A stretch of DNA of 64,000 nt from an uncultured Verrucomicrobiae bacterium (GCA_963718565.1 OY970364.1:1216001-1280000), one strand, 5' to 3'. Counted from the first letter of the stretch, positions 1-10,375 are shown. The notes: generated by a model from the letters alone, not told the origin. Translations and numbers: made by a program.

Positions 1-402
1 AGTGATCCGTTTAAAACCTTTTGTAAGAAGCGTTTCAGTCCCATCGTAAAAAACAGACATTCCTCCCATTCCTGAACCGATCAAAACTCCACAGCGGGTT
101 TTATCGAGACTAGAGAGAGCTTCCCCGGCTAATTTTCCTTGCTCCAAGGCTTTTTTTCCAGCAACAGCAGTATATCGAATAAATGGATCGACCCGGCGCG
201 CTTGTTTTTTATCGAGATAATCGCCAACTTCAAAGTTGCGGACAACACCAGCAAAACGTGTAGGAAAATCTTGACAAGGAAATTCTTCAATTGGAACGAT
301 ACCGCTATTGCCAGCCAAAAGTCGATGATAAAACTCATCGACGTTTGTTCCAAAGCAGGAGACGACCCCCATTCCGGTAACGACCACGCGTTTTTTATTC
401 AT
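1..402 (-). CDS. fabF: 3-oxoacyl-ACP synthase II, 5' part (runs off window)
   Basis: Manual translation from ATG at 402: MNKKRVVVTGMGVVSCFG...RCGVLIGSGMGG, a typical KAS II N-terminus; follows rsfS as in chlamydiae. Confidence 0.93.
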   Translation of the reverse strand, partial: MNKKRVVVTGMGVVSCFGTNVDEFYHRLLAGNSGIVPIEEFPCQDFPTRFAGVVRNFEVGDYLDKKQARRVDPFIRYTAVAGKKALEQGKLAGEALSSLDKTRCGVLIGSGMGGMSVFYDGTETLLTKGFKRIT

Positions 403-441
403 AAAGTTCCCAGGTATTCCGATAGAGGATAGACTGAGCGC

Positions 442-470
442 AGTATACATCAAATCCATTAATTTCGCAA
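442..470 (-). promoter_or_regulatory. Putative sigma66/70 promoter for fabF (TTGCGA-N17-TATACT)
   Basis: Minus strand reads ttgcga aattaatggatttgatg tatact, about 40 nt upstream of the fabF ATG. Confidence 0.5.
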
Positions 471-496
471 TTAAGGTTTAAATGGAATTAAATAAT

Positions 497-898
497 TTAT
501 TTTCTAGAGGAGTTGACCGTTGCTGAAGAGATTTTTGGTGTTACATCAATCTGAAGGTCAACGACATGCCCTTCTCGCCACAGTTGTTCCAGTTGATATT
601 TATCGCGTAGACCTGGCATGAAAATATGAACCATAATGTGTAAATAATCGATGACAATCCAATCTCCGGTTTTCATCCCTTCTACATACATCGGGAATTG
701 GCCGAGCTGCTGCAGTCGATCAATAATGGCTTGAGCAATGGCCATCACGTGTTTATCGACATTACCTTCTGCGATGATCACATAGTCGGTCAAGGTAGAA
801 ATTTCATGAACATCGAGGGCTAAAATATTAGATCCCTTCTTATCAAAAATTGTTTGCGCAATGGTATTTAAACAAAATAAAGGATCGGTTTTATTCAT
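497..898 (-). CDS. rsfS: Ribosome silencing factor RsfS (Iojap)
   Basis: DKKGSNILALDV, DYVIIAEG, WIVIDY, YQLEQLW motifs. Confidence 0.93.
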   Translation of the reverse strand: MNKTDPLFCLNTIAQTIFDKKGSNILALDVHEISTLTDYVIIAEGNVDKHVMAIAQAIIDRLQQLGQFPMYVEGMKTGDWIVIDYLHIMVHIFMPGLRDKYQLEQLWREGHVVDLQIDVTPKISSATVNSSRK

Positions 899-942
899 GA
901 AAATTTTAATAACCTGAGTAATGGGTCTATTTTATAGTAGAT

Positions 943-1048
943 TGCCGTAGATTTCGAGGCGATCTTTGCAAATTTTGGCGCGTTCAATAGCTGGAAGCAC
1001 CTATGGACGCGCCAAAATTTGCAAAAATCGCCCGAAAGATGCGGCAAG
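943..1048. repeat. Long imperfect palindrome (REP/MITE-like)
   Basis: Arms tttgcaaattttggcgcgt / acgcgccaaaatttgcaaa with outer ttgccg / cggcaa. Confidence 0.75.
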
Positions 1049-1092
1049 ACACTAGACTGGGCGCAGTATATGAAAGAAATCCATTATTCAGG

Positions 1093-1704
1093 TTAATAGT
1101 ATAAATGATATTGATCAATATAGTTCAGGACTACGGCAGGAACCAAATGTCCACAATATTTTTTTTGAGAAAGGCGGTTTCTGACATGGGTACTACTAAT
1201 CTCAAAATAAGGGATCTTAATTCTCCCTTCATGCAGCTTCTTTTGAAGCCCGACGGGAAGTTGTGATATACCGCGCTCCGTCAGGTATAAGTCGCCTAGC
1301 TGACGTGTGCCAATCAGAGGAGGAGCAAGGCGGACCAAATCTTCAGCATCCTTCCAATGAGGAAAGGAGGCGATGTGATCCTCTCCGAGGATGAGATGCA
1401 GCTGCAGAGAAGAATCGGTGGAAAGTTTACGTATCGTATCAATGGTAAAAGCGGGACCTTTATTTTGCAGCTCCCAATCTAGGACTCGAAATTTCTTCAC
1501 TGGGTCAATGCTCAGCTTTAACATCTCACTACGACGCTCTGCCGAAGCTACCGGAGGGGCATTCTGTTTAAAGGGAGAAAGAGAAGCAGGCACAAACATC
1601 ACTTCATCGAGGGCACATGCTTCCATCATGCTAATGGCTAAATTCAAATGGCCAAAATGGACTGGATCAAAACTCCCGCCGAGAATTCCCACCTTTTTTC
1701 TCAT
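1093..1704 (-). CDS. nadD: Nicotinate-nucleotide adenylyltransferase
   Basis: GGSFDPVHFGH (HxGH) and ISST motifs; ATG at 1704 overlaps the glnA stop (ATGA). Confidence 0.93.
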   Translation of the reverse strand: MRKKVGILGGSFDPVHFGHLNLAISMMEACALDEVMFVPASLSPFKQNAPPVASAERRSEMLKLSIDPVKKFRVLDWELQNKGPAFTIDTIRKLSTDSSLQLHLILGEDHIASFPHWKDAEDLVRLAPPLIGTRQLGDLYLTERGISQLPVGLQKKLHEGRIKIPYFEISSTHVRNRLSQKKYCGHLVPAVVLNYIDQYHLYY

Positions 1705-3848
1705 AAAATATGTAACATTTCTCGATATTTTGGCAGAGGCCACAAGCGATCATCGATAAGCTCTTCAATACCATCCATTGTTCTGCGTGCAGTTTCTGCT
1801 TTTTCAAAGACCTGATCACAGTAAGCTTCTGCTTTTTTTCCAAGCGGCATCTGATTGACTTTTTGCCGCTCTTTTTCCATGGAATTGATCTGATCAATGG
1901 CCAAGCTGACATGTTGAGAAATTTTCTTGATCAGCGATGTTTGAGAAGTCGATAGGGAATGACCCGTCTCGCTCACATGTTTTATACTTTCTGCGACCTC
2001 TTTTTGAAATTCAAGTGCCACAGGTAAAATCTGCGTTTGGAATATTTCCTGTAAAAGACGCGCTTCGATGTTGAGAACTTTGCAATATCTTTCCGTCATG
2101 ATTTCCACGCGAGATTCCAGCTCGTGTTTAGATAATACTCCCTCGAAGGCTTTAATGCTTTTTGGAGTCAGAAACTCTGCGAATGCGTGCAGTGATTTTT
2201 CAATAATGGGAAGTTTGCGTTTTTTTGCCTCTTTCTTCCAGGATGCTGAATACCCATCGCCAGAAAATCTCACTGTCTTAGAAGCTTTTAAGAATTTGCG
2301 TGCGACACCGAGTACGACATCTTTAAGAGGTTTTTTCTTCATTAGCCCTTTTTCAATCTCATCGACAATTTGATTCAAGCTACTCGCGACGATCACATTT
2401 AAAACAGAAACAGGCAATGCACAATTTTGTGAAGAGCCGACAGCTCTGAATTCAAATTTATTACCGGTGAAAGCAAAAGGCGAAGTTCGGTTCCGATCTG
2501 TCTCATCTAGGGGGACATCAGGAATGGGGGGTATCCCCAAATCAAGAGATTGTCCCGCTTTGCTTTGATGCGCTAGATCTTCTTCAATGTTGCTCAGCCA
2601 TCGCTCAAGCGCTTCGCCTAAATACACAGAAATAATTGCTGGCGGCGCTTCATGACCACCCAGTCGATGATCATTCCCGGGTGTTGCCACTGAAGCTCTA
2701 AGAAGAGTGGAGTAATCATGAACAGCATAAATGACTGCGGTCAACATCGTCAAAAACAAGAGCTGAGGCTGGTCAGGATCAAGCAGATTCAATCCCGTGT
2801 CTGTAGCAAGAGACCAATTGCAATGTTTTCCAGATCCGTTGATTCGTGCAAAAGGCTTTTCATGAAGCAGACAGGCAAGGTTATGACGCGTGGCAATTTG
2901 CCGCATGAGTTCCATCAATAAGATGTTGTGATCGACAGCAGCTGAGGCCTTTTCAAATAAAGGAGCAAACTCAAATTGAGCAGGAGCAACTTCAGCATGG
3001 CGAGTTTTAAGGGGGATACCTAAAGCGTATGCCTTTTGCTCTAGATCGACCATAAATGCGCCAACGCGCTCTTTTATTGTTCCAAAATAATGATCTTCCA
3101 ACTCCTGCCCTTTTGCAGGAGACGCCCCACAAAGGCTGCGGCCAGAAAGAATGAGATCTGGGCGCAAGAGATAAAAAGCGCGGTCGATAAGAAAAAACTC
3201 TTGCTCGCATCCCAGTGTTGAAAAAACAGAATTGGCTTTAATGTCAAGAAGATGGAGCAAACGCAATGCTGCTTGATTCAGCTTGGCATCAGAGCGCATG
3301 AGTGGAATTTTCATGTCTAACGCTTTCCCCGTCCAAGAAAAATAAATGGAGGGAAGACAGAGAACTTTGGTCCCACCCATTTCCCATAAAAAGGGAAGAG
3401 AAGTAGGATCCCAAACGGTATATCCACGAGCCTCAGAGGTGCTTCGCAGCCCTCCCGATGGAAATGAAGAAGCATCTGGTTCGCCGCGCATCAATTGTTT
3501 TCCACTGAATTTTTCGATCCATTCTCCGCGGCTGCCCCAATCGACAAAGGCATCATGTTTTTCTGCAGCCAGGCCCGTTTGCGGTAGAAACCAATGGCAA
3601 AAATGCGTTGCTCCATTTTTAACTGCCCAGTCTTTCATGGCATCGGCGATCGTCTGAGCATGAGAAGGATTGAGCTTGCCTTTTCCATCAATCGCTTCTT
3701 TCAAATTGACCCAAACAGTTCTAGAAAGCATTTTTTCCATAATGCCGTGATGAAATGTCTCCTGACCAAAAATAGCTTCTTTTTTTCTTTCGCTGATTCC
3801 GGAAGAGCGCTTTTGGATATCTCTCATTGCTTTAAACCGAGGATTCAT
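1701..3848 (-). CDS. glnA: Glutamine synthetase type III
   Basis: ATHFCHWF, EKHDAF, GEPDASSFPSGGLRST, HEKPFARINGSGKH, DRNRTSPFAFTGNKFEFRAVGS. Confidence 0.93.
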   Translation of the reverse strand: MNPRFKAMRDIQKRSSGISERKKEAIFGQETFHHGIMEKMLSRTVWVNLKEAIDGKGKLNPSHAQTIADAMKDWAVKNGATHFCHWFLPQTGLAAEKHDAFVDWGSRGEWIEKFSGKQLMRGEPDASSFPSGGLRSTSEARGYTVWDPTSLPFLWEMGGTKVLCLPSIYFSWTGKALDMKIPLMRSDAKLNQAALRLLHLLDIKANSVFSTLGCEQEFFLIDRAFYLLRPDLILSGRSLCGASPAKGQELEDHYFGTIKERVGAFMVDLEQKAYALGIPLKTRHAEVAPAQFEFAPLFEKASAAVDHNILLMELMRQIATRHNLACLLHEKPFARINGSGKHCNWSLATDTGLNLLDPDQPQLLFLTMLTAVIYAVHDYSTLLRASVATPGNDHRLGGHEAPPAIISVYLGEALERWLSNIEEDLAHQSKAGQSLDLGIPPIPDVPLDETDRNRTSPFAFTGNKFEFRAVGSSQNCALPVSVLNVIVASSLNQIVDEIEKGLMKKKPLKDVVLGVARKFLKASKTVRFSGDGYSASWKKEAKKRKLPIIEKSLHAFAEFLTPKSIKAFEGVLSKHELESRVEIMTERYCKVLNIEARLLQEIFQTQILPVALEFQKEVAESIKHVSETGHSLSTSQTSLIKKISQHVSLAIDQINSMEKERQKVNQMPLGKKAEAYCDQVFEKAETARRTMDGIEELIDDRLWPLPKYREMLHIL

Positions 3849-3859
3849 ATGATGTTTAC

Positions 3860-4510
3860 CTATAAAATTGACCATTGATTCTGCTCAGAAAACCGACGCA
3901 ATTTACGATCGGGATTGACTGCGATGGGAGTTCCTGCGATAAGCAACAGGGGCAGATCTAAAAAGCTATCGGAGTAAGCGGTAATGTGTTCTTTTCCTAG
4001 GGATAGCTTCTCAGCGATTTCTTGAACGCAGGATGCCTTCTCCTCTCCTTGCATTATCGAAGTAATGTGGCATAACCTCCGCTCCTTGTCAACGGCGTAT
4101 TGCGTTGCCCGCCATTCGTTGACCCCCAACAGCTGAGCGATTTTTTCGACCAAAAAACTCGGGGAGTTTGAAACGATCAGCGTATAATATCCTAGATGCT
4201 GTGCTAATCGCAGTTTTGCAAGCACCGGAGGGTAAATTTGAGAAAATAAATAGTCTTTCAAAAACGGCTCGACGTTTTTTTCAAGTTGCTCTAAAGATTT
4301 ACCTCTTAAGAGATGTTCGAAAACTCGATTGTGTAAATCCGACAAGCTCATCCCAAAAAAGGTGTGTTTGAGATAATAAAACAAGGAGTAAATCAAAGAG
4401 AAAGAGGGAAGGACATTTTTTTGAACCAGATAACGGCAAAAACCAAGGCTGCAATTATCAGCAACAATTGTCCGATCAAGATCAAAAACTGTTAAATGGG
4501 ACCAGCTCAC
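3860..4510 (-). CDS. HAD-IB family hydrolase (SerB-like)
   Basis: FDLDRT motif I; AYSDSFLDLPLL...AVNPD motif IV. Confidence 0.88.
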   Translation of the reverse strand: MSWSHLTVFDLDRTIVADNCSLGFCRYLVQKNVLPSFSLIYSLFYYLKHTFFGMSLSDLHNRVFEHLLRGKSLEQLEKNVEPFLKDYLFSQIYPPVLAKLRLAQHLGYYTLIVSNSPSFLVEKIAQLLGVNEWRATQYAVDKERRLCHITSIMQGEEKASCVQEIAEKLSLGKEHITAYSDSFLDLPLLLIAGTPIAVNPDRKLRRFSEQNQWSIL

Positions 4511-4516
4511 AGACTC

Positions 4517-6265
4517 TTATCCTTCAATTTCAGTGATCTTCTCTTCGATTTCATCGATAGAAGAATTGGTCTTCTCCAGAGTTGCTTTTTCTGCCTCGAT
4601 CATCTCACGATACATCATCGCTTTTTCAAAATCTAACCCGGATCCACCCAGAAGTTTGCGATAGCTTTCCAACTGATTTTTTATTTCTTGTCGACGAAAT
4701 TTACGCTCTTCGAGAACAGCTTTAAGCTGATCCAATGCCTTTTGATCATCTTCTGACAGCATGAGAAGAGTTTTCTCTCTCTTGTCATCCAGGATGTCTT
4801 TGAGTTGTTTGAATAGTCGATCAATGATCTGTCGCTCGGCCTTAGCTAGAGTAGTCTCTTCAAATTGCTTATGCAACTGATCGCGTTTGGCCGCGAGAAA
4901 ATCAGCATCTAAACTTCCAGCCTGGCTGTAAAGAGAATTGAGTTCTTCCTTTAATGCATTAATTGTGGAGCGCCGTTTAGTTTCCATCTCACGCTCTGTC
5001 TTCTGGCGCTCTAATTCGACATCACGGGCACGGCCTAAAGGACCGCGTTTGGCTTTGTGAATTTCCTCCCTGAGCAATCGCACTTCATCGCGGCCGAGCT
5101 CCAGGGACTTCATGAAATTGAGGATTTCCTCGGCCTGTTTATTACACTCATCGACAGAGAGGCCGGCTGTGCAAGCTTCTGCAAAAGGCTTGACTTTCTC
5201 CATAACGAGATCGAAATTCTGCTGATACTCTTGTCTTTTTAATTGAGTTTCTTTTTTTCGCTCTTTTTCACGATTTTTGATTTTATCCCAGCAATGACTC
5301 AATTTAAGGCGCGTCTCTGTAAAGGCATGAGTATTCAATGTTAAAATTTTCGCAATAGACTGGAGTTGCTTGATCTCTTCACGGAGAGAATATAAGTGAA
5401 GATCTTTGAACTCCTCATCTTGGAAATAGGACTCAATAAATTTATCAATATCATTGACAAATTCATGAGAAATTTTTTTGATCAACTCTTTCCTTCTGGG
5501 GAAAATTTGATCTCCGCAGATAGATAAGCGCTCCAGAAGTTTATTCTTAATACGAATGCGCATTTCGGTTTTAACAACTTCTCTACGCATGGCATTCACT
5601 CGAGCTGCCAAAGTATTGAGGAGAAGAAGTTCTTTTTGGACTTGGCTATAGAATTCTTCTTTGTCCTTCAAAGTGACGCATTCTAAAAGTGCGGGCTCCT
5701 CAGATTGACTGAGAAGGAAATCGTAATTTTCAAGGTCCCTTTCTAAAGCCTGAATGGCAAGTTCGATCTGTTCGATGGCGAAAGCGGACTGCTCATCAAG
5801 GATTTCTTTTAGACGTTTGGCTTCGGTAGAAAGCTCAATGTAAGAACTCCATAGTTGAGAGCGCATCTTAGGAGCAATATTTTCTTTGAAGAGTGGAAGG
5901 CATAGCTTTCTTCCCTCCCAAAAATCCTTAAAACGAGGGACTCCGCTGTTAGAAAGTGCCGCGCGCATGAATTCAATGCTGAGTCGAATTTTCCCTTCCG
6001 GCGTCGGCTCTCCTTCAAAATTTTTCATAAAATCGGCAAATAGAGAAGAAATCTCTTTTCTCTCAGTAGATCCCTTCCTTTTTTCATCTTCATGGCCTCC
6101 TGCTGCAATGAGATCAGGATTACCCTCCTCAGGAGATCCTGATTCAGCTCCACTTAATTCGTTCACAAAATTATCTTCTTTGAAGATATCTTCGGATTCG
6201 CCACTCAACTCGTTTTCTTCATTCATTGTGTCACTGACTTTTGGAAGGGAATTAGGATCAAGCAA
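4517..6265 (-). CDS. Conserved chlamydial coiled-coil protein (CT768-like by position)
   Basis: 582-aa E/K/L-rich ORF lying between miaA and rsfS; start uncertain. Confidence 0.7.
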   Translation of the reverse strand: MLDPNSLPKVSDTMNEENELSGESEDIFKEDNFVNELSGAESGSPEEGNPDLIAAGGHEDEKRKGSTERKEISSLFADFMKNFEGEPTPEGKIRLSIEFMRAALSNSGVPRFKDFWEGRKLCLPLFKENIAPKMRSQLWSSYIELSTEAKRLKEILDEQSAFAIEQIELAIQALERDLENYDFLLSQSEEPALLECVTLKDKEEFYSQVQKELLLLNTLAARVNAMRREVVKTEMRIRIKNKLLERLSICGDQIFPRRKELIKKISHEFVNDIDKFIESYFQDEEFKDLHLYSLREEIKQLQSIAKILTLNTHAFTETRLKLSHCWDKIKNREKERKKETQLKRQEYQQNFDLVMEKVKPFAEACTAGLSVDECNKQAEEILNFMKSLELGRDEVRLLREEIHKAKRGPLGRARDVELERQKTEREMETKRRSTINALKEELNSLYSQAGSLDADFLAAKRDQLHKQFEETTLAKAERQIIDRLFKQLKDILDDKREKTLLMLSEDDQKALDQLKAVLEERKFRRQEIKNQLESYRKLLGGSGLDFEKAMMYREMIEAEKATLEKTNSSIDEIEEKITEIEG

Positions 6266-6274
6266 AACGCACTT

Positions 6275-6520
6275 TACACCGAAATGAACTCAAGCCTTGG
6301 TTTTTGGCTACGTCGAACAGCCACTGTATTTGAGCCCGCCTGCATCGCACAACTTATTCAAGTTGTGCTGCTTCGACGCCGTATGCACTGGCTCAAATTC
6401 AGGGCGCCCTCCGGGCCGGTTCGCTTTGCTCACCTGCTCTTCTTTGAAAATATCCACTGGACATTTTCAAAGTATCCGCAGCCTTGCCAAATTCCCAAAT
6501 CTTGAATTCATCTCGGTATA
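6275..6520. mobile_element. Palindromic MITE-like repeat, TA(T/C)ACCGA-ended family
   Basis: TIR tacaccgaaatgaactcaag / cttgaattcatctcggtata; core shared with 62940-63112 in inverted orientation. Confidence 0.75.
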
Positions 6521-6611
6521 GAAACTAAATGCAAAATGTTAAAGCAACCTACCATTTCGGTAAAGTTTTTATACTGCGCCCGGTCCAAAAATGTGAATTT
6601 AGGGGGGCTTA

Positions 6612-6682
6612 GAGGGAATTGCAAAACTCCTCACCGCATAAAATCGCGCTTTTCTACTAGCGAGGAGTTTTGCAATTCCCTC
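6612..6682. mobile_element. MITE, GAGGGAATTGCAAAAC family (71 bp)
   Basis: TIR gagggaattgcaaaactcctc / gaggagttttgcaattccctc; 4-bp TSD CTTA (6608-6611, 6683-6686). Confidence 0.88.
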
Positions 6683-6702
6683 CTTAGAACAGTCCAGACA
6701 GA

Positions 6703-7737
6703 TCAAAAATTCAATTCATAATCCTGGATGATCAGCTCAGCGACATGCTCTAAAGACATTTTTTCGATATTCAACCAGCGAAAAAGAGGCTCTTTACGAA
6801 ACCAAGTCAATTGCCGTTTAGCATAGCGCCGAGAGGCTTGTTTGAAGGCATCGATAAAATGATCCCAATGCTCTTGGGTTTGTGGAGAGTTCAAATATTC
6901 CAGGCATTGTCTGTAGCCAATTGCCTGAGAAGCTGTTGAATTTTTACTCAACCCTTCTTTTTCGAGCCGTTTCACTTCTTCCACAAATCCCTCAGCGATC
7001 ATTCGATCGCATCGCATTTCGATGCGCGGGTAGAGAACTTCTTTTGGCGTATAGACAAACCAGCAACGAAAATCATAGTTTTCAACATTCTCCAAAGAGA
7101 CCGTGGGAAATTCGGAGACTTTCTTTTGTGTGATGGAAAGGATTTCTAAGGCTCGAATGATCTTGTGCCGATCATTTTGAGTGATTGTTAAAGCATAGTC
7201 GGGATCAAGGGCTTTCAGTTTATCATACATCATTTGAACTCCTTTCGACGCCATTTCATCTTCGAGTAATTTTCTCAATTTAGGATCGGAAGGAGGGCCG
7301 CTTGGAGGCCCGTAGATCAAAGAATGAATGTAAAACCCTGTCCCACCTACGACGATGGGAACCGCCCCTTTATCGAGAATTTCTTTAATCGCTTGATTTG
7401 CTTCGTGATAATATTCCACGACGTTAAAACTTTCGTCGAGATCTCTACTGTCGATCAGATGATGTTGGACCTGTTCTCTTTCTGATGGACTTGCCTTAGA
7501 TGTCCCGATATCCATGCCGCGATACACTTGCATGGAATCGGCGGAAATAATCTCTCCCCCCATCGCTTTAGCAATGACAAGAGAGAGCTGAGTTTTGCCT
7601 ACAGCTGTAGGACCAGCGATGATGATGATTTTCTTTTTTTTAGAGCGTGGGATGAGTTTTTGCTTTTGCGGCAAGGTGAAATGGGTGAGCAAAACTTGCA
7701 GCTCTTTATCTTCAAGGGTAAGTCCAGATGATCCCAT
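6703..7737 (-). CDS. miaA: tRNA dimethylallyltransferase
   Basis: GPTAVGKT, SADSMQVYRGMDIGT, VGGTGFY, QAIGY, RRYAKRQLTWF. Confidence 0.96.
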   Translation of the reverse strand: MGSSGLTLEDKELQVLLTHFTLPQKQKLIPRSKKKKIIIIAGPTAVGKTQLSLVIAKAMGGEIISADSMQVYRGMDIGTSKASPSEREQVQHHLIDSRDLDESFNVVEYYHEANQAIKEILDKGAVPIVVGGTGFYIHSLIYGPPSGPPSDPKLRKLLEDEMASKGVQMMYDKLKALDPDYALTITQNDRHKIIRALEILSITQKKVSEFPTVSLENVENYDFRCWFVYTPKEVLYPRIEMRCDRMIAEGFVEEVKRLEKEGLSKNSTASQAIGYRQCLEYLNSPQTQEHWDHFIDAFKQASRRYAKRQLTWFRKEPLFRWLNIEKMSLEHVAELIIQDYELNF

Positions 7738-7772
7738 GCCTGTTTTTCCTGGATGAAAGAGCTTCTAAGGGA

Positions 7773-8003
7773 TTAGTGGACAAGTTCTAGCCTCACTCTG
7801 CGGCCAAAACGCGCGCCCACAGTCATGGCGATAGTGCGAAGAGATTTAATCGTTCTTCCCTGCTTGCCGACAACTTTTGCAACGTCCTCTGCAGAAACTT
7901 TGACTTCAACTACAGTTCCTTGGTGTCCATCAAAAACTTGCACTTCAACGGCGTCAGGCTGATCCACGAGATTCTTGATCAAATAAGCAATGAAATCTTT
8001 CAT
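7773..8003 (-). CDS. khpA: KH-domain RNA-binding protein KhpA-like
   Basis: 76 aa; LVDQPDAV, DVAKVVGKQGRTIKSLRTI. Confidence 0.85.
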   Translation of the reverse strand: MKDFIAYLIKNLVDQPDAVEVQVFDGHQGTVVEVKVSAEDVAKVVGKQGRTIKSLRTIAMTVGARFGRRVRLELVH

Positions 8004-8082
8004 AATTCACAGAATTAGGGGTTGTATAAGAGTGTATCTAAGATTCAAAGTTATCAATTTAACACTTATACCGAATTTGAGT

Positions 8083-9012
8083 CTACTTTTCAATAAAGGC
8101 GAGCTTCTGAATGCGAAAGTCGATAATCTTTTCTTCAATTCGCGCAATAGACGCCGGCTTTTCAGGAATCGGCAAGATCTTTTTTTCTTCTTCTAAAAGT
8201 TGTTCACGCAATTTCAGATAATTTCCAAGCTCTTGTGCATAATTTTTTGTGCTCAAGCGCAGGATGCGTGGAAGGCAGAATTGCACTTCTCTTCCATCGA
8301 TATTGCGGAGGATGGAATCTTCGGTAATGATGACAACTTCGCGCGTCCCGTAACTTTCGGCAAAAGCATTGGAAACATCGATTCTCTTCACTGAGAAGAG
8401 ATCAGAAACTTTTGGATCTGTAATAATTGCTAAAATGTCAAAAGCAAGCTCAACATATTTTCCTTTGAGCGGAATTCCCCATTGGGCTGTCGGCCGATCA
8501 GAGTCTGCGGTCGGCATTCCAAAAGAACTAAGACCAAAGTAAATGGATGGTAAATTTTTAGGAGAGAAAAAAGGACTGAACGGAAGAGGATATCCGTCTT
8601 TATCTAAGACAACGTTAACGTAGTCTTCCAACCAGGCGATGGGTTGACGCACAGTGTAATCGACATAAAGAGCATTCGGTTTGATTAATTTTATTTCAGC
8701 CTGAGAAATCAAAGGAGATTTCAACAAACGCTGTTTTGCCTTTTCGAGGCCAAAAGTCAAGATGCTACGCGGCCTATCTGAGGAAATTCCAAGCAGTTCC
8801 GCAAGATACTCTGTTTTGAGCGCTTCTCTTTGCGGTCCTGTTTGGACAATAGAATTGATGAAAGTCTTGGGATTGAGCGCATGCGATTGTCGATTTTTAA
8901 GATAATGCTTGAAGACCGGATACGAGACACCGCTAATCAAAAAAGTTGAGGCAACGATCCAAGCTAAAGCATGCGTCAAAGGAAGCTGAACAGATTTTTT
9001 CTTACTTTTCAT
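8083..9012 (-). CDS. FtsQ/DivIB-like cell division protein
   Basis: Single N-terminal TM helix, POTRA-like LLKSPLISQAEI...RQPIAW, C-terminal IDFR; directly downstream of murC. Confidence 0.65.
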   Translation of the reverse strand: MKSKKKSVQLPLTHALAWIVASTFLISGVSYPVFKHYLKNRQSHALNPKTFINSIVQTGPQREALKTEYLAELLGISSDRPRSILTFGLEKAKQRLLKSPLISQAEIKLIKPNALYVDYTVRQPIAWLEDYVNVVLDKDGYPLPFSPFFSPKNLPSIYFGLSSFGMPTADSDRPTAQWGIPLKGKYVELAFDILAIITDPKVSDLFSVKRIDVSNAFAESYGTREVVIITEDSILRNIDGREVQFCLPRILRLSTKNYAQELGNYLKLREQLLEEEKKILPIPEKPASIARIEEKIIDFRIQKLAFIEK

Positions 9013-10375
9013 GATTCAAGTAGTTTAACACTTCCGGACCCACTGTAGTGATATCGCCTGCACCCATAGTGACAAGCACGTCATCCTGCTGTAAAAAATT
9101 AGCAAGAAATGAGGAAAGCTGTGGCCTTGGGACATAACGAACGTCAAAAAATTTTTCCCGGATTTTTGCCAATAAAACCTCATTGGTGATTCCTTCTATA
9201 GGCGTCTCTCTAGCTGCATAGATATCTGTCACAATTAAAATGTCAGCGCGCTCAAAAGCAGGAGCAAATTCATTCAGACAATCTTGTGTCCGAGTATAAC
9301 GATGAGGTTGAAAGGCAATGACAAGCCTCTTATGACCGATCGCTTGTTTGATTGCACGCGAAGCTGCAAAAATTTCTGTGGGATGATGAGCGTAATCATC
9401 AAAAACAACAATTCCACGACATTCGCCCTTGAACTCAGCCCGTCTATTGACTCCTTTAAAACACGCAAATGCTTTTCGAATGCGATCTTCGGGGATGCCA
9501 ATCTTTATTCCTAGTCCGAAGACTGCAGCAGAGTTAAGGACATTATGAGCTCCGATGAGAGGGATTTCAATTTCTGAATATGCGATCCCCTCGAAGGAAA
9601 CATCAAAGATATTCTTCCATCCCGCCTGAAAAAAGTTTTCAATGTGCACATCATTATCCTCTTTGAAACCATAGCTAAATCCTTTAAGTTTCAAGGATTG
9701 GAGGACTTCATCGTCGCCGCACCAGATCAAATGCTGGGGAGATTGAACAAGGCTTGCAAATTTTTTAAAGCCTGCCACCAGATGATCAAGAGTATTCCAA
9801 TAGGCAAGATGATCATTATCGATATTGGTAATGATCGCCCCAAAGGGAGCATAATTCAAAAAAGAACCGTCGCTCTCGTCAGCCTCCGCGATAAAATAAG
9901 GTCCAACTCCATGGCCTCCATTAGAATTTAAGCTGCGCACAATTCCCCCTATGGCATAAGTGGGATCTAGACCGGCGTCGACAAGAAGATGTGCAAGCAA
10001 TGAAGAAGTTGTCGTCTTTCCATGAGTGCCGGTAATGAGCAATGGAGAATAGCTGCCCATCAACTGACGCAGCAACTCAGAACGGTGCATCAACGGCACA
10101 CCTTGAAGTTTTGTTTGCCTCACTTCCGGATTTTCCTCTTTGATATCGCTGCTATAAACAACAATTGTAGACGGGTGGATGTTTTGCGGAGAATGGCCGA
10201 TAAAAATTTCTGCACCTTGACTTTGCAATCGATCCGTCACATAGGAAGGTGCGACGTCGCTTCCGGTCACTTTGATGCCTTTCTGCAAAAGAATGCTCGC
10301 AAGGGCGCTCATTCCAATTCCGCCAATGCCGATGAAATGATACTGATGATTGAGTTTATTTTTTAATATTTTCAT
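9002..10375 (-). CDS. murC: UDP-N-acetylmuramate--L-alanine ligase (no Ddl fusion)
   Basis: HFIGIGGIGMSALA, ITGTHGKTTT, AEADESDGSF, DDYAHHPTEI, FQPHRYTRT. Confidence 0.96.
   Translation of the reverse strand: MKILKNKLNHQYHFIGIGGIGMSALASILLQKGIKVTGSDVAPSYVTDRLQSQGAEIFIGHSPQNIHPSTIVVYSSDIKEENPEVRQTKLQGVPLMHRSELLRQLMGSYSPLLITGTHGKTTTSSLLAHLLVDAGLDPTYAIGGIVRSLNSNGGHGVGPYFIAEADESDGSFLNYAPFGAIITNIDNDHLAYWNTLDHLVAGFKKFASLVQSPQHLIWCGDDEVLQSLKLKGFSYGFKEDNDVHIENFFQAGWKNIFDVSFEGIAYSEIEIPLIGAHNVLNSAAVFGLGIKIGIPEDRIRKAFACFKGVNRRAEFKGECRGIVVFDDYAHHPTEIFAASRAIKQAIGHKRLVIAFQPHRYTRTQDCLNEFAPAFERADILIVTDIYAARETPIEGITNEVLLAKIREKFFDVRYVPRPQLSSFLANFLQQDDVLVTMGAGDITTVGPEVLNYLNHEK

Noticed and set aside
6284..6721. 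Short ORFs at 6284, 6297, 6536 (also 19082-19364, 28182, 34652, 62874)
   Set aside because: They lie within palindromic repeats; their recurring peptides reflect the DNA repeat, not real genes.
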